This document shows, in pieces, positions 58,706 through 64,000 of a stretch of DNA of 64,000 bases (position 1 is its first letter; each line of letters opens with the position of its first letter). The notes under the pieces were generated by a model, which saw nothing but the letters and a program-made list of their open reading frames with translations, had not been told where the DNA came from and did not search any database. The translations under genes were made by a program, and so were the position numbers. Source of the stretch: an uncultured Pseudomonadota bacterium (lineage in GTDB: Bacteria > Pseudomonadota > Gammaproteobacteria > Burkholderiales > SG8-39); contig CAVTZJ010000003.1 of the NCBI GenBank assembly GCA_963739205.1, positions 205,902 through 269,901 on the forward strand, read 5' to 3'.

Positions 58706-59803
58706 CTAAGGCTTGCCGGCGACGCTCGCGTAGATCGACTCCATGCGATCGAGCATCGTCTTTTCCGAAAAGCGTGCCGCGCAATGCGTCCGCGCCGCAT
58801 CGCCAAGCCGCCGGGCGAGGCCCGGATCGCCGATCAGGCGCTCGAGCGCCGCGGCGAGCGCGTGGGCGTTCTGCTGCGGCACGACGAGCGCGGTGGCCTC
58901 GTGGCCCGCGAGCTCCGAGATGCTGCCCGCGGTGGTGGTGACGCAGGGAAGCCCGACGAGCATCGCCTGCACCAGCGCCTGCGGCACGCCCTCGTTCGCG
59001 TAGGAGGGCAGCGCGAAGACGTCCAGCGCCTGCAGCCAGGGCACCACGTCGGCCTGGTTGCCGGCGAAGCGCGTGCGCCCCGCGAGGCCGAGCTTCTCGA
59101 CCTGGGCTTCGAGCGTCTCGCGCATCGGCCCGTCGCCGACGATCACCAGCCCCACGCTCTCCCGGAGCCGGGCGACGGCGTCGATCAGGTAGCGGTGGCC
59201 TTTCCAGCTCCTCAGCGTCGCGACGATGCCGACGAGCGTCTTGTCCGCCGGCAGGCCGAGCGCGGCGCGCGCCGCCGCCCGGTCGCCGGGCCGGAAGCGC
59301 TCGGTGTCGACACCGGTCGGCACCGAGTCGATCCTCGCGCCGTCGAAGCCGTTCACCTCGACCAGCTGGCGCTTGAGCGCTTCGCCCGTGGTGACGATGC
59401 GGCTCGCGACGCGCTCGTAGAGCCAGCGCGTGGCGGGGTTCTTCGGCACGGGCGCGGAAATGTGGCGCGTGCGCACCACGGGAAAGGGCCTCCCGAGCGT
59501 GGTGAGCGCGAGGCCGACGAGCCACGAGTCGGTCGAGCTGTGCGTGTTGACGACGTCGCAGCGCTCCGTGCGGAACCAGTCGATGAGCGCGCGCAAGCCG
59601 CGCACCCGCTTCTTGCCGATCGGCAGCGCGACCGCCGGCACGCCCCAATTCGGCGCCTCGGCGTGGATGCGCGCCTCGGCCGGGCACAGCAGCTTCACAT
59701 CGTGGCCGCGCGCGATCAGGCCGCGCGCTTCCGACAGGATGCGGATCTCCTGGCCGCCCCAGCCGAGGGAGGCCTCGGTGTGCACGATCGCCAGCCGCCT
59801 CAT
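58706..59803 (-). CDS. GT4 LPS-core glycosyltransferase
   Basis: HTEASLGWGGQE, HSSTDSW, RTRHIS, ATLRSWKGH, PSYANEGVPQALVQAM. Confidence 0.9.
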   Translation of the reverse strand: MRRLAIVHTEASLGWGGQEIRILSEARGLIARGHDVKLLCPAEARIHAEAPNWGVPAVALPIGKKRVRGLRALIDWFRTERCDVVNTHSSTDSWLVGLALTTLGRPFPVVRTRHISAPVPKNPATRWLYERVASRIVTTGEALKRQLVEVNGFDGARIDSVPTGVDTERFRPGDRAAARAALGLPADKTLVGIVATLRSWKGHRYLIDAVARLRESVGLVIVGDGPMRETLEAQVEKLGLAGRTRFAGNQADVVPWLQALDVFALPSYANEGVPQALVQAMLVGLPCVTTTAGSISELAGHEATALVVPQQNAHALAAALERLIGDPGLARRLGDAARTHCAARFSEKTMLDRMESIYASVAGKP

Positions 59804-61569
59804 GCCGCGGCGCGTTCGGTCGCGTACTGGATGCGGTAGAGCTTCGCGTAGACGCCGTCGCGCGCGAGCAGCTCGGCATGGCGGCCGGCCTCGACGATCC
59901 TGCCGCGCTCGAGCACCACGATGCGGTCGGCGTGCTCGATGGTCGACAGGCGGTGCGCGATGACGATTGTGGTGCGCCCGCGCATCAGCGTCTCGAGCGC
60001 AGCCTGCACGTGGCGCTCGGACTCGGAGTCGAGCGCCGAGGTCGCTTCGTCGAGGATCAGCACCGGCGCGTCCTTGAGCAGCGCGCGCGCGATCGCCAGG
60101 CGCTGGCGCTGACCGCCCGAGAGCCGCAGGCCGTTCTCGCCGATGAGCGTGTTCAGGCCCTCGGGCGTCTCGCGGATGTACTGCATCGCGTGCGCAGCTT
60201 CCGCCGCGGCGATCACCTCGCGCTCGCTCGCGCCGCCCAGCTTGCCGTAAGCGATGTTGGCGTAGATGCTGTCGTTGAACAGCACCACGTCCTGGCTCAC
60301 CAGCGCGACGTTGGCGCGCAGGCTGTCGAGCGTGAGCGACTGGATGTCGTGGCCGTCGAGCAGGATCCTGCCCGAGCTCGGGCTGTAGAAGCGCGGCAGG
60401 AGGTTGACGAGCGTGGTCTTGCCGCCGCCCGAGGCGCCCACCAGCGCCACCGTCTCGCCCGGGCGCACGCGCAGGTCGATGTCGGCGAGCGCTGGCTCCG
60501 TGCGCGCCGGGTAAACGAAGCTCACTTTTTCGTAGGTGATCTCGCCGCGCGCGCGCGCGAGCACGACCGTGCCGTGGTCCTCTTCGATCGGCGTGTCGAC
60601 CATGCCGAACACGCTCTCGGCGGCGGCCAGCCCGCGCTGCAGCGGCGCGTTCACGTCGGTCAGGCGCTTCAGCGGCGCGAGCAGCATCAGCATCGCGGTG
60701 ATGAACGAGGTGAATTCGCCCACCGTGGTGCGCGCCGCGAGCGACTCGCGCAGCGCCATGTAGACGATGATCGAGATCGCCACCGAGGCGAGGATCTGCG
60801 TGATCGGCACCGTCGCGGCCGCCGGAACGGTCTGGCGCATGTTGTAGCCGCGCACCAGCTGGTTCGCTCTTTCGAAGCGGCGCGACTCGTAGTCCTGGCC
60901 GCCGAACACCTTGACCACCTTGTGGCACTCGATCGTCTCTTCGAGCACGTGCGCGAGGTTGCCCATCGCGAACTGCGCGCCGCGTGCCATGCCGCGCAGC
61001 CGCTTGGAAAACAGCCGCACCACGAGCGCGACGAGCGGCCCGACCGCGAGCGCGATCAGGGTCAGCTTCCAGTTGAGGTAGAAGAGCCACCCGAGCAGTC
61101 CCACGACCGCGATCGAGTCCTTGACCGCCACGGTCAGCACGCTGGTCGCGGCGGCCGTGACGCCGGAGACGTCGTAGGTGACCTTGGAAAGCAGCATCCC
61201 CGAACTGTTGTCGTCGAAGTATTTCGTCGGGAAGCGCACCAGGCGCGCGAACATCGCCGCGCGCAGATCGAGCACCACGCGATTCGCCACCCAAGCCATC
61301 GCGTACGACGAGCTGAACGAGAACAGGCCGCGCAGGATGAAGATCCCGATCAGCGCGCCGGCGAAGGCGAGCGGCGAGAGCGTCGGCCGCCCGCTCATGG
61401 CGGCGAATCCCCCGTCGAGCAGCGGCTTCATGAGCGCGGGCAGGAGCGGCTCGGTCGCGGCGGTCAGCATCATGCCGAGCACCGCCAGCGCGAAAACCTT
61501 GGCGTGCGGCCGCACGTAGGATAGGAGCCTCAGGTACAGCTCGCGGCTCTCGTGCAGCGGCTTGCTCAT
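59800..61569 (-). CDS. msbA: Lipid A-core flippase
   Basis: YLRLLSYV, PALMKPLLD, APLKRLTDVN, GASGGGKT, LSGGQRQR, LDEATSALD. Confidence 0.96.
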   Translation of the reverse strand: MSKPLHESRELYLRLLSYVRPHAKVFALAVLGMMLTAATEPLLPALMKPLLDGGFAAMSGRPTLSPLAFAGALIGIFILRGLFSFSSSYAMAWVANRVVLDLRAAMFARLVRFPTKYFDDNSSGMLLSKVTYDVSGVTAAATSVLTVAVKDSIAVVGLLGWLFYLNWKLTLIALAVGPLVALVVRLFSKRLRGMARGAQFAMGNLAHVLEETIECHKVVKVFGGQDYESRRFERANQLVRGYNMRQTVPAAATVPITQILASVAISIIVYMALRESLAARTTVGEFTSFITAMLMLLAPLKRLTDVNAPLQRGLAAAESVFGMVDTPIEEDHGTVVLARARGEITYEKVSFVYPARTEPALADIDLRVRPGETVALVGASGGGKTTLVNLLPRFYSPSSGRILLDGHDIQSLTLDSLRANVALVSQDVVLFNDSIYANIAYGKLGGASEREVIAAAEAAHAMQYIRETPEGLNTLIGENGLRLSGGQRQRLAIARALLKDAPVLILDEATSALDSESERHVQAALETLMRGRTTIVIAHRLSTIEHADRIVVLERGRIVEAGRHAELLARDGVYAKLYRIQYATERAAA

Positions 61570-62549
61570 TTCTTTTCCGTCGCCTTCGGCCCGCTGTCGA
61601 TGCGCTGCACGAACTCGGCCGCCTCGGGACTGCCGTTCTTCGCCGCCTCGACCATCCAGGCGTAGGCCTGTCGCTCGTCCTTTTCCACGCCTTCGCCGTT
61701 CGCGTACAGCAGGCCGAGCTGGAACTGCGCGGGCGCGAAGTCCTGGTTGGCGCTGCGTTGAAGCCAGACGAGGGCCTTCTTCTGATCGCGCTTTTCTCCC
61801 AGCGCTCCCTTCCAGTACACCGCGAAGAGCACGTACTGCGCGTTCGGATAGCGCTGCTCGGCCGACTTGCGCAGCCACTCGAGCGCCTTGGCGTCGTTCT
61901 TGTCGACGCCGACGCCGTCCACGTACATCAGGCCGAGCTCGAATTGCGCTTCGCGCAGACCCGCCTCCGCCGCCTTGCCGATCAGCTGCAGTCCCTTCGC
62001 CGGGTCCTTGGCGACGCCGCGGCCGTCGCGATACATCTTGCCGAGCAGGAACTCGCCGAACGGCTCGTTCTGCGCGACCGCCTTGTCGAGCCAGGACTTC
62101 GCCTGCGGCAGGTCCTGCGCCGTGCCCTGGCCCTCGATCAGCATGTAGGCGAGGTTCGACTGCGAGCGCGCGTACCCCTTGTCGGCGGCGGCGCGGAACC
62201 ACTTGAGCGCCTCGGGGACGTTCCTCAGCTTGCCCGGCGCGCGCGCGTACATCACCGCCAGGTTGTGCATCGAAGGCACGTCGCCTTGCTCTGCCGCCTT
62301 GCGGAACCACTCGATCGCGTACTCGTCGTTGCGCGGTACGCCGCGGCCCGAGCTGTACAGCGTGCCGAGCAGCCGCTGCGCGACCGGGTCGCCCGCTTTC
62401 GCGTGGCGCTCGAGCTCGGTGCCGGACTTGACGTCGCCCTTGGCCGCCTTTTCGCCGAGCGCGTTCGCCTGGTCTTCGGTCAGGGAGGTCGCGCACGAGG
62501 CCGTGCTCACGAGCGCGATGGCGAGCAACAGGGCGAAGCGCAGCTTCAT
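61566..62549 (-). CDS. Sel1-like repeat protein with signal peptide (possible lipoprotein)
   Basis: Seven SLRs (e.g. AQFELGLMYVDGVGVDKNDAKALEWLRKSAEQ). N-terminus MKLRFALLLAIALVSTASC. Confidence 0.92.
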   Translation of the reverse strand: MKLRFALLLAIALVSTASCATSLTEDQANALGEKAAKGDVKSGTELERHAKAGDPVAQRLLGTLYSSGRGVPRNDEYAIEWFRKAAEQGDVPSMHNLAVMYARAPGKLRNVPEALKWFRAAADKGYARSQSNLAYMLIEGQGTAQDLPQAKSWLDKAVAQNEPFGEFLLGKMYRDGRGVAKDPAKGLQLIGKAAEAGLREAQFELGLMYVDGVGVDKNDAKALEWLRKSAEQRYPNAQYVLFAVYWKGALGEKRDQKKALVWLQRSANQDFAPAQFQLGLLYANGEGVEKDERQAYAWMVEAAKNGSPEAAEFVQRIDSGPKATEKK

Positions 62550-63700
62550 GCGGGCACGCTCCCGCCGGCGAGCGAGGTGTACAGCGCGACCAGCCGCGTG
62601 GCCATGTCGGAAAGCGTGAAGCGCTCCGCGGTGGCGCGCGCCGCCGCGCTGAATCGCGCGCCGTCGCGCAGCGCGTCGTCGGCTTCGCTCATCAGGCGCG
62701 CGAGGCCGGCGGGGTCGTCCGGCTCGCAGATCCAGCCGTTCTCGCCCGGGCGCAGGATTTCGGCCGCGCCGCAGCGCCGGCTGACGATCGCGGGCAGGCC
62801 CGCCGCCAGCGCCTCGAGCGCGGCGTTCGGAAAGGGGTCATAACGGGTCGGAAGCATAAAGCAATCCGCGGCCGCGTAGAGCGGCCGCACGTCCTCGAGC
62901 GCGCCGGCGAAGCGCACCCGCTCCGCCACCCCGGCGCGCGCCGCCCGCGCGGCAAAGCGCGCCGCGTCCCGGTCGCGCCCGACGACCGCCAGCCGCAGGT
63001 GCGGGTTGCCGGTCGCGGCAAGCGCGTCGATCGCCGCGGCGAGGCCCTTCCTCGCGAAGCCCGAGCCGACGAACAGGAACACAGTATCGCGCGGCTGCGC
63101 GCCGAGCGCCGCGCGGGCCGGGCCGCGCAGCGCGTCGCGGTTGCGCGGGTGGAAATGCTCGGCATCGACGCCGCTGTGCACCACGTGCAGCTTCTGCGGA
63201 TCGATGCGAAACATCCGCGCGATCTCGTCGCGCACCATGCGCGAGTTGCAGATCACCGCGCGCAGCCGGGGGTGCTCGAACATGTGCTTTTCCATCGCGC
63301 ACACGTAGCGGTGGTAGGGGTTGAGCGCGATGCCGAGCCGCTCGCCGAAGCCTGCGCTCGCGCGCCTGATCTCGAGCCAGCGGCGATGCACGCCGTCGCC
63401 GGCGCGGTACACGCTGCAGCCCGGGATGCGCTCGTGCGACTGAACCAGGTCGAAGCCGCGTGCGAGCCAGGCCTTGCGTGCGGCGCGCGCGAAGGACCAG
63501 TCGCGCCACAGGCTGCCGAGGTAGAAAGGATCGACGCCCAGCACGCGCCGCGCGCCCCAGCCTTCCCAGCGGCGCGCGATCAGCGTGACGTCGACCCCCG
63601 CGCGCTCGAGCGCCGGCAGCGCCGCCGCGACGAAGCGCTCGGCGCCGCCGTAGGCGTTGTAGCGCTGGCGCACGATCGCCAGGCTCAGGCGCCGGCTCAC
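62546..63700 (-). CDS. GT4 LPS-core glycosyltransferase, WabG-like (candidate GalA transferase)
   Basis: AIVRQRYNAYGGAERF, VQSHERIPGC, YRAGDGVH, FVGSGFARKG, YDPFPNAALEA; follows waaQ as in Klebsiella/Serratia. Confidence 0.85.
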   Translation of the reverse strand: MSRRLSLAIVRQRYNAYGGAERFVAAALPALERAGVDVTLIARRWEGWGARRVLGVDPFYLGSLWRDWSFARAARKAWLARGFDLVQSHERIPGCSVYRAGDGVHRRWLEIRRASAGFGERLGIALNPYHRYVCAMEKHMFEHPRLRAVICNSRMVRDEIARMFRIDPQKLHVVHSGVDAEHFHPRNRDALRGPARAALGAQPRDTVFLFVGSGFARKGLAAAIDALAATGNPHLRLAVVGRDRDAARFAARAARAGVAERVRFAGALEDVRPLYAAADCFMLPTRYDPFPNAALEALAAGLPAIVSRRCGAAEILRPGENGWICEPDDPAGLARLMSEADDALRDGARFSAAARATAERFTLSDMATRLVALYTSLAGGSVPA

Positions 63701-64000
63701 GCCGCCGATTCCGCGAGCAGGCTGGCGGCGGCCGCGTGCACCTTGTCCACCGCGAGCGTGGTCAGGCATTCGCTCAGCTTGCCTCCGCCGCAGCCGTCGT
63801 TGCCGCATGGACGGCAGCTGTGGTCGCTCGCCACCACGCGGTGCGCGACGTTCCACGGCCCCCAGTCGAGCTCGCCGCTCGGCCCGAACAGCGCCACGGT
63901 CGGCGTGCCCATGGCCGCGGCGAGGTGCATCGGCATCGAGTCCACGCCGATAAAGAGGCGCGCACGCGCGGTGAGCGCGCCGAGCTCCTTCACGCCGAGC
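63697..64000 (-). CDS. waaQ: GT9 heptosyltransferase III C-terminus, partial
   Basis: FIGVDSMPMHLAAAMG, LFGPS..WGPW, CRPCGNDGCGGGKLSECL. Confidence 0.75.
   Translation of the reverse strand, partial: LGVKELGALTARARLFIGVDSMPMHLAAAMGTPTVALFGPSGELDWGPWNVAHRVVASDHSCRPCGNDGCGGGKLSECLTTLAVDKVHAAAASLLAESAA

Noticed and set aside
59878-61524. 548-aa plus-strand ORF opposite msbA
   Set aside because: Familiar antisense ORF of ABC-transporter genes; no independent evidence of coding.
1-64000. CRISPR arrays, tRNA/rRNA, IS, integrase or phage genes
   Set aside because: No regularly spaced direct repeats, structural-RNA signatures or transposase/integrase motifs seen by inspection.

Overview
High-GC proteobacterial chromosome segment, probably a Betaproteobacterium (inferred from gene content and synteny), almost wholly devoted to surface-glycan synthesis. 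Left end (1-6 kb): RND efflux adaptor and permease, pcm, rhodanese, tolC. 6-19 kb: LPS core operon (waaA, waaC, WaaE-like GT2, UDP-GlcA 4-epimerase, two more GT9s, GT4s, two methyltransferases, AsnB-type amidotransferase, WaaL-like ligase). 18.9-26 kb (minus strand): distal end of an O-antigen-type operon (WbpM-, WbpL- and WbpV-like genes, GTs) with a decayed manC remnant. 26.3-52.4 kb (plus strand): a MarR-led block encoding a legionaminate-type nonulosonic acid pathway, an acetamidino (WbuX/HisH/HisF) module, an extra acetyltransferase/aminotransferase/SDR trio, a candidate nonulosonate transferase, a PglK-like ABC flippase, wecBC, a QW-repeat alpha/alpha-barrel protein and five methyltransferases. 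52.4-64 kb (minus strand): GT2, fcl, gmd, rfbBACD, GT4, msbA, Sel1-repeat protein, WabG-like GT4 and partial waaQ. No rRNA, tRNA, CRISPR, IS or phage genes were seen. At least seven conserved genes carry small indels that look like long-read assembly errors. Best leads: a possibly new amino/amidino nonulosonate pathway with its own transferase, and a palindrome-IHF-palindrome regulatory element upstream of the EPS-type MarR gene.
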